Source of the DNA: Camelus dromedarius
Lineage: Eukaryota
Assembly: GCF_036321535.1 (NCBI RefSeq)
Contig: NC_087437.1
Span: 99,264,001-99,328,000 of the forward strand
Reading direction: 5' to 3'
DNA: 64,000 bases
The position numbers and the translations under genes are program-made. Below, one piece after another: positions 12,630-26,893 of this stretch (its first letter is position 1; each line of letters starts with the position of its first letter). The notes beneath the pieces are model-generated. The model was not told the DNA's origin. It worked only from the letters and a program-made list of their open reading frames with translations, and ran no database searches.

Positions 12630-13065
12630 TGACATGTATTGTGTATTTAATATGTGCCAGGAACTTACATCCTTTTAAAATCAGAATAATTTTATGCCAT
12701 CATGGTATGATATGGATGAAAAAATCAAAGTTACAATAGAAAGCATACTGAAGGTTTTAGCATTTAGTAAGTGAAAATCTTAGTTTTTAAACCATGTCTG
12801 ATTTTGACAAGCTCTTTGATATCATTTGTGTGCAGTGGTTAAATGCACTATCAAGGCTTCCTGCTTGTGTTTGAATCCTAGATATGTAAAGCAATACTTA
12901 AATTCTGCTTAATTTCTCTATATCTCACTTTCCTTGTGTGTAAAATGTTGAGAATTGTATCCAGTCTCATAGTTGTTGAAAGGATTAAATACATCAGTGT
13001 ATGTAAAAGGTTTTGAACAGTGCCTGGCATACTGTAAGTCAGTCATTGCTATTTGCATTATTTTA
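12630..13065. mobile_element. Two MIR fragments in opposite orientation
   Basis: Minus strand 'aatatgtgccagg...'; plus strand 'tgtaaaatgttgaga...ggattaaat...gaacagtgcctggcatactgtaag'. Confidence 0.7.
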
Positions 13066-14789
13066 CTCTTCTATCTCAAAAAAGAAAAGACATCACTACA
13101 TCTTATTTTAAATGCAGAAGGAGATGTGACACTGAAAGTCTGATGTTCATTTGTACTTTTCTATTCATGTCGTTTTTCTAGAACTTTCTATGACTAAGAA
13201 TTGAACATGGAAGAACTGTTACTGAGTGAGCTAATGAAAGAGAAATGTGCTAATCTGTTTTACTCTTAAAGCTGAAGTAGACCATATAACCTTTGAAGAT
13301 GGCTATCATGCTATTATTTTTAAAAAATACTGAAGTAATTTTAGTGGTTTTCCGTACTATATCCATTCATTCATTCCTATTCTAAAAACTCTTCTAAATT
13401 CCTCCATCCTCTTCCTTTGATTTAATATCCCTAGAAAATATTCTCCCCATAACAAAATTGCTTTAGAACTCCGGTTTTCAAAATGTTGGTGCACAGAATG
13501 TGAGAGGTAGTTGTGGAACTTTAAAGCTATCCTGAAACAACCTCTTTGCTTGCTTGGCTTTTATGTTTCTAACTAAATCCAAACCACTCCAAGCCTGAGT
13601 GCCATGAGCCTTTGGCAAAACTGAGTTCTTGGTTCCATGCAAAAGTGAATCATTTTTTAAACACTCTGACAAACAAGACATAAATCCTTTCATTTTACAC
13701 AGGTGACCTCATGAATATTCTTTTTCACCCTTTGTGTGTTAGAGATTTAAAAATATTAAAGGCATTGAATATTAAAACATTTTCTGATCATTGTAAACTG
13801 GAGGGAGAGAGACGCTTCGGATTCATGCTCTGTACATGTGTTTTAAGGTTAAGAAAGAAAAGACATGAGAAAATACTTTATAGTCCTTTGCTGGAACCAA
13901 AGCATTTGGAGCACAGTTTAATACATTTGCCAAATCCCAAATACAGCTGGGTTCTCCCATAGCTCTTTTAATTGGAAACAGATTTCTGTGCTAATTCTGT
14001 AATATGAAGAGAGCTCTAACAGTATTTCTTTCCTAAAAGTAGGGCATTATATTTGCAGTGACCACTTCTAATATCAACAACTCCTTAGAAAAGTTTTTGT
14101 TATAATTCAAATAATATCTGACTGAAAAACTTCCAATAGTTTTCAGTAGAATTAATACCTTACTGTAAAATGAATGGATTTTAATTAAGAATTAAATATA
14201 TTAAAAAATAAAATTATAATCAAGCTTACAGGTTATTTTGTGTTTGGAAAATATAAAAGTAGAATTTATCTAAAGAGTTAAAATATAGAAATGTGCATGT
14301 TAAAATGTGAAAGTCCACATTCTGTTTTATTTCCCCAAAAAAGAGAAAGAAGTTTGCTTCTTTCATGAGTTTGCAAAGTTTACTAAATTTTAACATTTTA
14401 TATGACTTAATATAAAGAAAAAGACTATGCTGAAATTAAAAATGTGCATATATGCAATATTTATTTTATATATAATATATTTGAAAAATATATATGTATA
14501 TTCCATCTGAAACTGCTAGTTTTTGAGTCACCAAATGTGCAATTTATTATTAATATAATGGAAAAACAATTATTTAAAATGTATACGTATCTAATACTTA
14601 CATGGCCACTTTAATGCTCAGTATATCTTGTCCTTAATAAAAACTAATAATAGTTTTAATAACTTTAAAGAATTTCATTACAAAATTTTATTTAAAAAAG
14701 CACTAATTTTTTTTTAGAGAGTAACTTTGGGGCATTATTTCAGATTGCCTTATAATGGCCATTAGGTAGATAAAGGGCCCAGGTACATA

Positions 14790-15950
14790 TCAGTCTGTTC
14801 CCAGGATCTTTATTCTTTTCTGTTGATTTTTGTGTTCTTCCCAGTGCTAATATCACAGTGTCTTATGTCTTAATATAAATATATTTTATGGTCAGTTTTA
14901 ACGTTAGTTGAACTAGTCCTCCCCTGTTTTGTTTTCATACAAGATACTAACCTATTCATGCCTTTTCCGTTTCTATTTCCATTTTAGAATCAGCAGTACA
15001 GTTGAAAACTGTGTTGTGATGTTGGTTGGTAATACGCTGAATCTGTAGATTAATTTGTGAAGAATTAACATACTTATGAGCCTTCCAATCCATGAACATG
15101 ATTTATCTTTCCATTTACATGAGTCATCCTTAATTTCTCTCAATAAAGTTTCATCATATGCTCCATAGAATTATTCATATCTTCTCTGAGATTTATTCCT
15201 TATTGCCTAGTATTTTTGGTGCTGTTGGAAGTTGTACCTTATAAAAATATCTTTTATGGCTGATATTTAAAAATAAAAGATTTTGATATGCTGATTTTAT
15301 AGAGAATGACCTTGCTAAACTCATTAATTCCATCAATTTGTGGGTTATTTTCATTTTCTGTGTAAAAATTACATTATCTACAAATGATGACAGTTGTCAA
15401 TATTGACATGTTGAATAAAAATGGTGATAATGGCTATTTTTGTTTTGTGCTTACTTTTATAGTTTTAGCAATAAGTATGATAGTGGAAATTTTATTTTGT
15501 AGATATTCTGAAAGTTGTAACTTTTGTTTCTAATTTAATTATGAAAGATGTTGAATTTTAATAGACTTTTTTCTATAGCAAATAAACTAGTAATATAATT
15601 ATTTCCTTTAAAATGTTAATGTAGCAAATTGTATTGATTGATTTTCCAATGTAAGTCAGCATTGTATACCTGGGATAGACCTAACTTGATCATATGTTTT
15701 GCACATTATGCATTGCTGGTTTTGGTTGTGGAAGTTTTGTTTTGAATTTTTGCATCTATGTTCATGAATGAGAGTGATTTAATTTTTATTTTCACATTTT
15801 CTTTTGCTGGTTTTGATATTAAGGTAGTGTAGACTTACAAAATGAGATGTAGAATGCTCTCTTTGTATCTAATCTCTGGCAGACTTTGTATAATATTGGA
15901 AATATTTATTCTCTAAATATTTGTAGAACTCACTGAGGAGGACAAAAAGT
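14790..15950 (-). mobile_element. Old L1 ORF2 fragment (L1M)
   Basis: 'gaatctgtagattaatttgtgaagaattaacatactt...ccaatccatgaacatg' and 'tttttgcatctatgttcatga'. Confidence 0.85.
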
Positions 15951-16049
15951 TCTGAACCATTCTTTGAGCTATTGCTGCTGTGCATTTTAACATTTTTTAT
16001 TCAGCATTCAGTTTTGCGTGCGTGTATGTTTGTGTTTGTGTGTATATAT

Positions 16050-17230
16050 GATGCTATTCACTAGGGAAAAAATACACATACAGAAAAACCAATCATTAAT
16101 GTACAGATCAATGAATTGTCACAAAGTGAATGTACTCATGTAACCATCACTTATGTAAACAATAAACCAAAAAACCCCAAAACGACTCAAAATACAAAAA
16201 TAAGAAAACAGAAATAGACATACCCCACAAGCCTACTTGGTTCCCCATTAGTCATTACCTCTGCCTTCAACCTCAACCCCAAAGGTGATGACTGCCCTTA
16301 CTTCTAACACCAAAAATTAATTTTGCCTGTTTACCAAGTTTCTTTTGTGCCTGGCTTATTTCATTCAGTATTATGTTTGTGAAACTCATCTATATTCTTG
16401 CATGTAGCAGTAGTCAGTTCATTTTCATGGCTGTTATATGTACTACAGTGTGTATCAGTTGTACTGTTCATGCATATTTTAGTTAATGTCTAGTTAAAAT
16501 AATGTTATAAGCACTCTTACAGAAATCTCTTTTTCCATACATGCATATAACTGGGGATAAGGTATTTACCTAGGAGTAGGGTGGAAATTCTGTTCATAGT
16601 GACCTTTATTAGATAATGCCTGACTACTTGTGTATGAGACTTCCTGTTGCTTCACATCTTAGCCATTGTATCGTATTGGTGGGTGTAGTATTTCATTGTT
16701 TTAAATGAGAATCTTTTCCATTGTTAGTGAAGATGAGTATCTTTTAGTATGCTTAGTAGCTATGTGGATACCCTGTTTGTAAAATGCCTATTCAAGTCTC
16801 CTACCCCCTACCTTTTTTTTTTTTTTTTTTACAAAATTATGTTGCCTGACTTTTCCCTATGGATGTGTAGCAAGTTTATTATATAACTTATAATTATAGA
16901 TTATTCCAGATTTGAGTGCTTGTTCGTTGTATATATATTACAAACTCATATAACTTCCTCTTGTGGGCTTGTCTTTTCACTTTCATGAGTATGTTTTCTG
17001 GCAAATATAATTTATCAGTTTAATGTTATCAAGTTACTCAGTCTTTTAACGGTTAGTGCCTTTTTGGTACTATTTAAAAAGTTGTCTCTTATCCTGAGGT
17101 CTTGTTGATATCCTCCTATATCTATTAAAATCTTCTTTTTTTTTTTGGCCTTTTAAACTCTTGTATGTGATTAGGCTGGAGCTGCTTGTTATGTATAGTC
17201 TGAGGTAGGAATATTTTCATTCCATTTATA
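16050..17230 (-). mobile_element. L1ME/L1MC-type 3' end fragment
   Basis: 'gtacagatcaatgaattgtcacaaagtgaatgtactcatgtaaccatcac' and 'ctggcttatttcattcagtattatgtttgtgaaactcatc'. Confidence 0.8.
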
Positions 17231-17299
17231 AATTACATAAATAACCTTTATTATTGTTCTGTAGGGCCAGTGTTTAATTAGATCTGTCCACATTTCCAT

Positions 17300-17436
17300 T
17301 CCTTTCCTTGTGCTTCCTTTCTCCTTGACTCTCTGAGCTTCCATTTGAGATTATTCTCCTCAATACTGAAGTATGTCATTCAGAATTTCATTTAGTATAG
17401 ATCTGTTGGTTGTAAAGTCTTTTCGTTTGGTTTAAA

Positions 17437-17479
<43 letters not shown>

Positions 17480-18850
17480 AGTTTTCTGTTTGAGTAACCT
17501 TTTTTCATCTTCATTCTTAAAATAATTTTTTGTTAGATATAAAATTATCAGTTGAATCTTCTCATTTCAATACATTGAGAAAACAATTCTAATGTTTTTG
17601 GGTTTTCAGTTAAGAAATCAGCCATTAATTCTTGGCAAGTAATTTATCATTTCTCTCTCTCCTCGTTTCTCTCTCTCATACTCTTTCTCTCCATTTCTTC
17701 CTTGTGGTTTTCTGAGTTTCACTATGATGTGCCTGCTTTTATCCTTATCCTGCTTGTATTTCGTTACATTTTAAGATTTGTGGAATGATATCTTTTTCAA
17801 TCCTGGAAAATTCTTACTATCTCTTCAAATATATTACTTACGTCCCATTTTCTTTTTGAGACTCCAGTAAAACATATGTTAGATTTTCTTACTGTATCCT
17901 TAAGTATAATATCCTTTCTCTCTTAGTTTAATCTTCTTGTCCCTCTGTGCATCATTCTTGGTGGCTTCTTCTTATCTGTTTTCCAGTTCACAAATAGTTT
18001 CTTCATTTGGGTCTCATTTGCTCTTAAATCTACTAAGTTTCTTATTTTGATTATTATAATTTTCAGTTCTATACATTCTATTTGGCTCTTTTAAAAGTAT
18101 GTTATATCACTTGAAAATATTCTGTTGCATTTTTCCACCTTGGCTTTTGTCTTTTTGAAAGTTCTGAGCACAGTTATTTTACAATTTAATATGTAAAGTA
18201 TCTATGAGTCTATTTCTGTTGGGTTTTGTAAATGTCATTGTTCTTTTGGGTACCTAGTTATTTTTGACTCTGCACAAGGCATTGCATTTGAAAAAAAAAT
18301 CATAGAAAAATTTTAAAGCCCAGAATAATACTATCTTCTCACACAGAAAATTTTGATTTGCTTTTGCTGCATGTCTAGAGGTGCTAGAAATCCTAGATTC
18401 CACAATCCGGTTTCAAGGCTTAACATTCTCTGGGCTCTTGGTAATACACAGCTGAGCTGCAGATATGTCTAATGGCTGGTCTATTTCTGGTTCATCTGTG
18501 CTCCTATGGAGCAGTCCTTTGGAGTGGTAGTATAGGAAGTACTTCTAAGCCCAATGTAGGCCAACTTTTTAGGGCCTTAACTCCAGGTTTTGTCTATAAG
18601 GTTGTTAAACTGTATCTTGGTAACTCAGCTCTTTCTTTTCATTTCTTAACGAGTCCCAGTACAAAAGTAGCATTAAGTGCTGGGTTTTGTTTTATGAGTT
18701 CCCATCCTCTTCTGGGTCTCAGCTTAGTAATTCTTTATGATTTATAGGTTATTTGATACATTAAAGAAAATTTCTTCTTAATATTTTATCTGGCTATTTT
18801 TAGTTGTTCTCAGCTAAGTGACTGATTTGAGTTAGTCAATCTTCAGCAGA
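17300..18850 (-). mobile_element. Old L1 ORF1/5' fragment
   Basis: 'tcaatcctggaaaattcttactatctcttcaaatatt' and 'gagactccagtaaaacatatgttagattt'. Confidence 0.75.
17442..17476. repeat. (TG)17 microsatellite
   Basis: Read directly. Confidence 0.95.
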
Positions 18851-21800
18851 GTTTCCTGATGTTGTGTAGTTTCGGTGTGATTTCACATCCACAGAAGTGG
18901 TCATTGGAGTAGGGAGGATATAGCACATTGCCATTTTCCTTAGTTCCGATACATACGCTGATGATAATGGGTTCAGAAAATACATTAACTTTTGAAATCT
19001 ATTTGCCTAAGGGATCAAATAAAGCTGTTGAATAAGCCAGTATTCTGCACACATACAAAAGGGTGAATTTTATGTGAAATATTTAGTTTTTTTTTCTGTT
19101 TCTGTTATTTCTTGCTCAATGTTTATCATAAAGGCAAAGAACTATTTACGTACAAATGCAGTTGGGTTTGTCAAGTACATTACTGTAGAGACTTTTAAGG
19201 AATTTTAAATTTATGAAAGGCATTATGAATTGGAAGGTAACTCATGAAAATTGGTTTGACCATCAAGTATATACAGTGGTAACTGACTGAAGGCAATATT
19301 CGAAATCACCCAAAATTAAATTACTAAATACTAACTCACTAATATGAGAAAGTGATCAGAAATATGATTAGGTCATTTAGATTGTCAGCAGTTTAAAATG
19401 ATAAATAAAAGTAGTAATTGTATGTTCTCAGTTACCAAGAAAGTTCAGTTAAGCACAGCATCAAATCATTGATAATAAATTGTTCTATTTGCCTCAATCA
19501 TATTTCTTTGTTCCTTATTCTTTGTTAAAAATATAGGTTATCTAAGTGCCTGAAATGACATTTTCCTTTTGATTTTCCCTGGGGACCATCTTGTTTTTTG
19601 GGTTTTTTTTTTTTTAACACTCTGTAATTTAAAAAGTGGCCTGGCAAGAACTGAGGTGCATGGAATAAAAGAGTGGTCCTTGGACCTATTCAGGATTACA
19701 ATACCAAATCTTTTAAATCACTTTTATGTATGGCATTTGTATTTTATTCAGCAATGGCCATACTGCTTACTAGTCTGCCTGTTGAAACATTGAATGAGTA
19801 TTCACCTAAGACATGCATTCCTCAGAGAATAATAAATTTTATATTATTTAATGTGAAATAAGACACATCAAAGCATTTATACTCATATATCAAAGCTGAA
19901 GTCACTTTTTCTCTGTCAGTTATTCTTTGCATAGCTTCAAATACAAAGAGGAATACGAATTCATGAACTAGTTATTTGCAAGCAAAATCTTTTCTACCCC
20001 AGATACTTGCTGCTACCTACTTCGTGCTTTCATAATAACTTGCATTTACATCACTCTTTTCATAACTACATTGGCAAAAAGTGTATGTTAAGAGTTGGAA
20101 TTATTACTCTCATTTTGTAGTGAGAAAAATCCAGTGCAACAAGTTGAGAGTGACATGACTGTTCAGATTCAGATCTGGTGCTCCATAGGACCCCTAGATT
20201 GTTTTTTCCCCGAAGTTTTACTGATTTATAGTCTTTCCCAGCATTGCATTAGAGATTTCAGCTGTTGTGGAATGATTTATGTAAATTAGGCATTGACATT
20301 TTTGAGAGGTTTCCTAAATATCTGTTTAATGAGTGATATAAATATAGTACATAAGATAAGTCTTAATGTCTTAGTTTTTTCTATAAATTCTATAAATCCA
20401 TCAATTACTTTCTATACATTGATTCAGCATTATCTTCCTTTATTGATGTCATGATATAATTCTGTAGGTAATAAAGTTGCATTTGTAATTTAGCTATTCA
20501 TGAAACTCCTGGAAGAATATTTATGTCTAGTTCACATGGCATGACAACATTTTAAATTTGATTTTAGAGTGCCCTAACCAAATCTCCAAGAACTGTAACT
20601 AGCAGTAAGTCCTTCACATAACCCAGGGGTTTGTTTGGTTTTGATTAGTTTTACTAGACTTCATTTGGTTTCAATTAAACCTTGAGACAGGCCAGTGACT
20701 TTCATGAAAAATATGGGTTTCTCAAGTTAGAAAATAATTCTTTTGTGTGGAATAATGTAATGTTTTCTACACTGGAATGAATAACTCAATTCAAAGATAA
20801 TTTTGGAAGATTTCATAATCAGGATGCATAGATTGAGATATCTGTATATTGAACAGTTTCATGCTATGTTTCTGCATATTGATTCTCTTATGTTCTTAGA
20901 TGATAAAATGAGTATCACTCCATATGCTTCCCAAACAATAACAAGATATATTTAATTATATAACTGTAAAAACCTTTTATATTTAACTGTGTATTGTGGA
21001 AAGTAGTTTGATTTAAAAGTAAGCACTTATTCTAGTGAATTCAGGGAATGTTTTAGTTCATGTGATTTGTAAAAGACTTTATTTTAATATTACATGATCA
21101 TAGATTGTGCCTGAAACCATTTACTTAAGTCTTTTATTACCTAGAAAAATAATCTACTAGTATGATATCTCTGAATATTAGTTTATTATAATACCTATTA
21201 TTCATTTGAGAAGGGAGATATAACAGCACACTGAGCAGCATACCCTGAGGTTGTAACTATATTATTTGCCTTAAAAAAGGAGAAATGTGGCCCTTAGTCC
21301 TTAGAGAAAAACCTTGGGTGTAAGTTCCTTTACACTTTCTAAGTATTTATTTCATTCTGAACGAAGTCATTTGGTCTCCTAGAATTTGATTTTTTTAAAT
21401 GCTGTGTTGAGCAGCATAGACAAATACAAACAAACTCTAAAATAGTGCTATTGGTAATAGAAAATATAAATTTCTCTTTGTTTAAATTTATGATTCCCTG
21501 AGTTCAGATAATACTGATTTCTCCCCAGAGTCAAATACCCTGCCATCTGTTTAAGGTTATGCCAAAAATATTGCAGTTATAAATACAGGACACAGGAACC
21601 AATAAATGTGTATAAGAAGTTAAAGACATTATCATAATCATAACAATCTTTTATATTCTCAGCATAAAATGAAGAAATTAATGAATATGTGAATATTTTG
21701 CTCATAAACAATGTCTGTAGAATTTAGAACTGACAAATTTGTTCAAAACTATAAGAGAATTTAATATTTACCACCCTAAAGCCAAGAGCAAATCACCTCT

Positions 21801-23959
21801 TGAATAAGTGTCTTCTAATTTTGTGGTTCTAACACAGCAAATATTTAATACTTACAAGTTTTTTTAAATTGAACTCTTGAAATATTGCATTCCAAGATTT
21901 AAATATCAACAGATTCCTCAAATATTTTTGTTGAGAGTTGTTTATTAATACCTTATGTTGTGATAGAAATGAAAATTAATGACATCTGGCATGCATGTAA
22001 ATAAAGTCTTTACATATTTCATTATATTTAAATAAATAGCATGAGGGGGAAAGCACTAACTTTGTATTCAGACTGCTGAGATTTGGGTTTAAGTTTTGCC
22101 ATGAATTTACACTCTCTCTTTGGGCTCTTCTTCCAGTTTTACTTTCTTCAAGTGAAAGAACTAGAAGTTCTCAGTGATTTTTTTTCCACCTTGAATATTC
22201 TATTAGTTTAGTTTATTTTGGCTAGCCTAGAATTATACAAGTTTTATATTTCTAGTATGATACCATGTCAATTTTGTAATTATTTCTGACCTTGTAATGT
22301 AAATTCATCTTGGAGTAAAACTAATTAAACTGGTAAATATGTTTATTCAATATTTTACTACTTCTAAATGAATAGATATTATTTTTTCTATAGACCAAGG
22401 ACTACCTGTTAATTCATTAAAGTGTATTGAGGGCCTCTTGTGTAATTCCAGATACTAGTCAAGACTTCAAGTCCAAGGGATAAGAAATTCAAAAATGAAT
22501 AAGACGTGAACTTCGGCCCTAAATCCGTTCTTCTTAGATAGAAAGGCGAGTAAGCAAATAAAATTCAGTGCAATAAAAGTTTCGTCAGTTCAAATTTTCA
22601 TTAGCAGCAAATCCCAATTTTATTGATATGGAATTCATCTCAGATTGTTAAAACTAAGTGATGGTACTTCTTTCAATAAAAAAAATGAAACATTTTATTC
22701 AGAAAAAAAGAACATGTATGACAGATTTTAGCATGTCTATCAGAAGACAGATTGATATAACCATTTCTTTTTGCATGTAGAGAAACACAAACTTGAACGT
22801 GAAAGGCTCATTGTGTATTGAATTTCCTTGTTTTGAAAGAAAAGAAGCAAGAAGGGAGTGACCAGCATTTCTATTGGTGGGTCAGAGGTGCATCTCATAT
22901 ACAACTTCTTTGCATCTGCCTTCAAGAGTTCTAATGATCAACAAGGTAAAGAAAATGCGCTAGTGAGTAACTGCGGGAAATAAAAGGTGTTGGTGACATT
23001 CACCACAGATACATACTTGACCACTTATTTTCCTGGCTGGGTTGATGGAAGGATGCAGAACCTGAGTTTTCTAAAAGCAGAAAGTTCTTCCCAACATACC
23101 AGTATAGTAAAGTGAAAAGCAACTACACACTATCTTTCTGCTCTCTTTTATTTTTGGTTGTAGTTGTGTAAAAAGCTTTACTCTTAAAACAAATAAATTA
23201 AAGATTTGGCCAAGTCATGGGATCAACTCAGGATTTCATTAGAACCCAGATTTTGGATAACCACATTTTCTTAAAACATCCAGTAGATTGAATTGATTCT
23301 CTGGCTCTGACACCAACCAGTAATGCCAAGAACATTTGAGTAGAAGCAGGCAGTCACCAAAACAGAATAGGATTTATTCCTTCATCCTGGTTTTAAAGAA
23401 AGGATCTTAAAAATCAAACATCTTAGAGTAGAAAGTGTCACAAAACTTTTTCAAATACCTCTGAGGAATCTTAATACTTTGTAGCTCAACGTGTTAGCCC
23501 GTACCACTCACATGAGGAGATTCTCAGCTGTAAGGATATGCATTTGGAGAGGATGGAATATCAAATAGATATTGTCTGGAGTTTGCCTTTGATAAAAACT
23601 TTTTCAAAGAAGAACCAGAGTATAACAGCTTCTGAGATAATGTGAAACAATGAAATACAGGCTTTTTGTTGAGCTCACTGGAAAGCTAATTAAGGCTATA
23701 TATTTCTATATTGATTGAAGGAACTTTATTTTTTCCTTTAAGAAAGAATAATAAAATACAAGCTATTACAACGAGAGATAAATGTCCCTTTGTCAATTTC
23801 AAAGGCTTTGGAAATGTTAGTATGCCCACCCAACATATTATCTGAAGGGAAGCATTGAACTAGAAGTTAGAAAGCCTGAGTTCTGGTCTTCACTCTAGCA
23901 TATGTTCCTTATATTACCTTAGTCATACTCATTCACCTTTTCTGGAAGAGATCATTAAT

Positions 23960-24295
23960 TCTAACCAAATAACCCATGTCCTCACCAACATTTTCTAGCA
24001 TCCCCTGTGGCGAGGTTGGAGTTGTGTGACAAAAGCCAGACGTTAATCCAGGGAATGTTTGTCACTTCCAGTCTGAGAGAGTTGAGGGTGTTTTCAATAA
24101 TCTTGGTCATCTGTAAAGCAGTAAGCAAAGGATTTCAGATGGGAAAATTGCAAGATAGAAGCAAGAAGATCTGAACCGTAAAAAGCAGAAGAAAGCCGCT
24201 TGCTCATCATGACATGAGCAAGGGGCAAATTTCTGTTGAGTCAGGGCAATTCAGACTGGCTGTGGTCTGCTGCCATAGCACCGCCAATTTTGTTC
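23960..24295 (+). mobile_element. Old MaLR LTR fragment (MLT1H/I/J-like)
   Basis: 'cattttctagcatcccctgtggcgaggttggagttgtgtgac' and 'gacatgagcaaggggcaaatttctgttg'. Confidence 0.5.
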
Positions 24296-25179
24296 TGATT
24301 CGTATCTTTCTGGGAGTCGTTGAAAACTAAGGGGTTTGCAGACTCTAGACTCAATCTGTCCCACATTGATTTCCTGAGATTCTTTTGGGGCATATGGCCT
24401 TCATTTTACAAAAGAAAGAATGGAGACGTTTGGAGAGAATTGCCTAAGGTCACAAAGTAAGTTCTGGGCCTTACTGCAAACTCTATTTCTTTGAGACTCT
24501 GTAGATTCATATTCCCCAGCTGTATTTTTCCACTACCCATGAGCTATGGGACCATTCAAATTGGCCATTTAAAAAATGCCAAATTGACTGTTCCTGTCTA
24601 GTAGGTTTTATTCCCTTAGACATGGTATCATTCTATGATGCAATGGATGGTACAGCAGTCAAGGTCCTGACTTTCAACCCAGGAACTTCTCTATCAGACT
24701 CTGCTATCTGATAGTATACATATTATATTGTGTCCATTTTTAACTGGCAAAAAATTCCACCTCCGTCTTTAACTATTCTAAGGCAGTTACAAAAACCTTA
24801 TGGTAGATCCCAAAGCTGTTTTCACACCACTTGAGTTTAAAAACTCACTGCATTTGTAACTAGTTGGTAGTTTCTTATCTTTGATAGCCAGAGTGAACAG
24901 AACTATAGTTACAATGGTCAAGCACTAGAATGAGAATTAAATAAATAAATGTCTATAAAGTGCTTAGAACAGAGCTTAGCACAGAATTATCAATATACAC
25001 GTGTTTAAGTAAAACAAATAAATATGGCAATGATGGATCCTGGACTCTGAGAGTTATGATCTAGTTGGCTTCTTACCTAATTTTCTTCTTGTCAAGCCCC
25101 AGATATGTGGTATTTAGTTTCTATTTGACCATTTTTGGTGCTAGGGAATGTGGATATATACTATCTTTTTACTCAGGAC

Positions 25180-25340
25180 CCACCATTATCCCAATTAAAA
25201 ATGAGAAAACAGGCTCAGAGAGGTTAAGATGTTTACTCAAGGTTACACAGCAAGTAAGGCTCTGCCTAGGAAGAGTCTTTCTGGTATCACTGTCCGTTAG
25301 TAGTAGTAAGAGCAGCAGTGTGTGATTTGAGTCTGGTAAC
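25180..25340 (-). mobile_element. MIR SINE
   Basis: 'attatcccaattaaaaatgagaaaacaggctcagagaggttaagatgtttactcaaggttacacagcaagtaag'. Confidence 0.8.
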
Positions 25341-26394
25341 CTACAAGTTCCAATATTAATTTCCCACAGGGTAGGAATTGTTTGAGCCAAAACTGTGGGC
25401 TAAGGTTATTACACTCCCACTGAGCAACATTTTTTAAATTCAAACTACTGATTGAATTATTTAATAATATGTGCAAGAATTTTGTCATGGGGTCACATAT
25501 ATCTTTTCTCTGGCCTTTTTGAAGTGTTTTTCCTAATAGCTAAGCTATTTCTGTGAGCATCTCAAAGGCAAGTTCTGGCACATATTGAATGTTTGTTGGT
25601 TGTGGTAAATGCTAAACAAAGGCAGGTAAAAATGGATTCTCTTTTAGCATAATTAGAACTTCAGTAGGTATTAAAATATTTGAAAGCGTCTGTCGCTACT
25701 CCATCTTGCCTCTGGGCATTTTGGTTTTCTGTGTTAAGAAAGCACCATGTAAGTTCTATCGCTGTGTAGACTAATTTGTTTACACAATTATGTCACTTAC
25801 GTTCTTACCATTTCTCAAAAATATTACCGTTCTGCCTCTCTCTGTTTAATGATTGAATCTTAATTCCAACCTTTCCTTCTATGTTACACCTATAAAACCT
25901 AATTTTTGCTTTGTTTCTGTGAGGCTGATTAAGATTTTACCTTGTCACTGTTGCATTCAAGGCATGATCTCATCTACAGTCTCAGAGATGCTCGTTAGAC
26001 TGTATATTTGCCTTATGTGAAAACTAAAGGCTATGTTTTTTTAAATGACTATATTCTGTACATTGCTATTCTTAGCAACCGAGGCCATGTTGCTCTTACC
26101 TATTATTTTAAAAGAAACCACATCATTTTTTTTTTCCTGGGACTGAATGATCTCTTCTCATAAGTTTATTTTTCTAACTCTAACATGATTACAATTTCCC
26201 CCAAACTTTTGCAATTCTTTCTCTCCTTAGGGATATATATTGGGATAATTATATGGAAAAATGGAAGGCATGTTGGCTTTGGATTTGAAGTCTAGTCTTA
26301 ACTACTTGGTTCCCATGTGACATTGAACAACGTATATAATTTCCATGAGCCTCTTTTTCCTTTTGCATAAATGGAGAATAATACGCAATATAGG

Positions 26395-26527
26395 ATAGAG
26401 ATCAAGAGCACAGACTCTGAAGCTGTGCTGCCTAGTTTGAAGCTTGGCTTTGCCGTTTGCTGATTGTATTAGCTTTAGCAAATCACTCAGTTCCCACAGT
26501 GGAAAATGGGGAAATGTGATTGTGAGG

Positions 26528-26575
<48 letters not shown>

Positions 26576-26660
26576 TGCTTTATCTTTCAGACTACCATGG
26601 AGATTCAAAATAAAGCTTGATGTGCTGGCACTCTGTAAGTAGTAGTGGTGGTAACTATTT
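26395..26660 (+). mobile_element. MIR SINE interrupted by a CA repeat
   Basis: 'aagagcacagactctgaagctgtgctgcctagtttgaagcttggctttgcc...aaaatgggga', then (AC)n, then 'ggagattcaaaataaagctt...ctggcac'. Confidence 0.75.
26529..26570. repeat. (AC)21 perfect microsatellite
   Basis: Read directly. Confidence 0.97.
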
Positions 26661-26685
26661 ATATCATGGTGCATTAACTATAGTT

Positions 26686-26893
26686 TGGGGGTTTGTACAC
26701 TTTTTCTGTAAAAGGTCACATAGTAAATACTTTAGGATTTGAGGCACAGTTACTCAGCCCTGCCATGTACAGCAAAAGCAATGATAGGGAACATGTACGT
26801 AAATGGGTATGGTTTTGTCCCAATAAAACTTTATTTACTGAAAACAAGCTCCAGGCTGTCTTTGGCCCACAAGTCATACTTTGCTGACCTCTG
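26686..26893 (+). mobile_element. MER58A (hAT-Charlie MITE)
   Basis: 'tttttctgtaaaaggtcacatagtaaatactttagg...ccaataaaactttatttac...tttgctgacctctg'. Confidence 0.9.

Noticed and set aside
26302..26674. CVCVCV-rich ORFs
   Set aside because: Artefact of (AC)21 within a MIR
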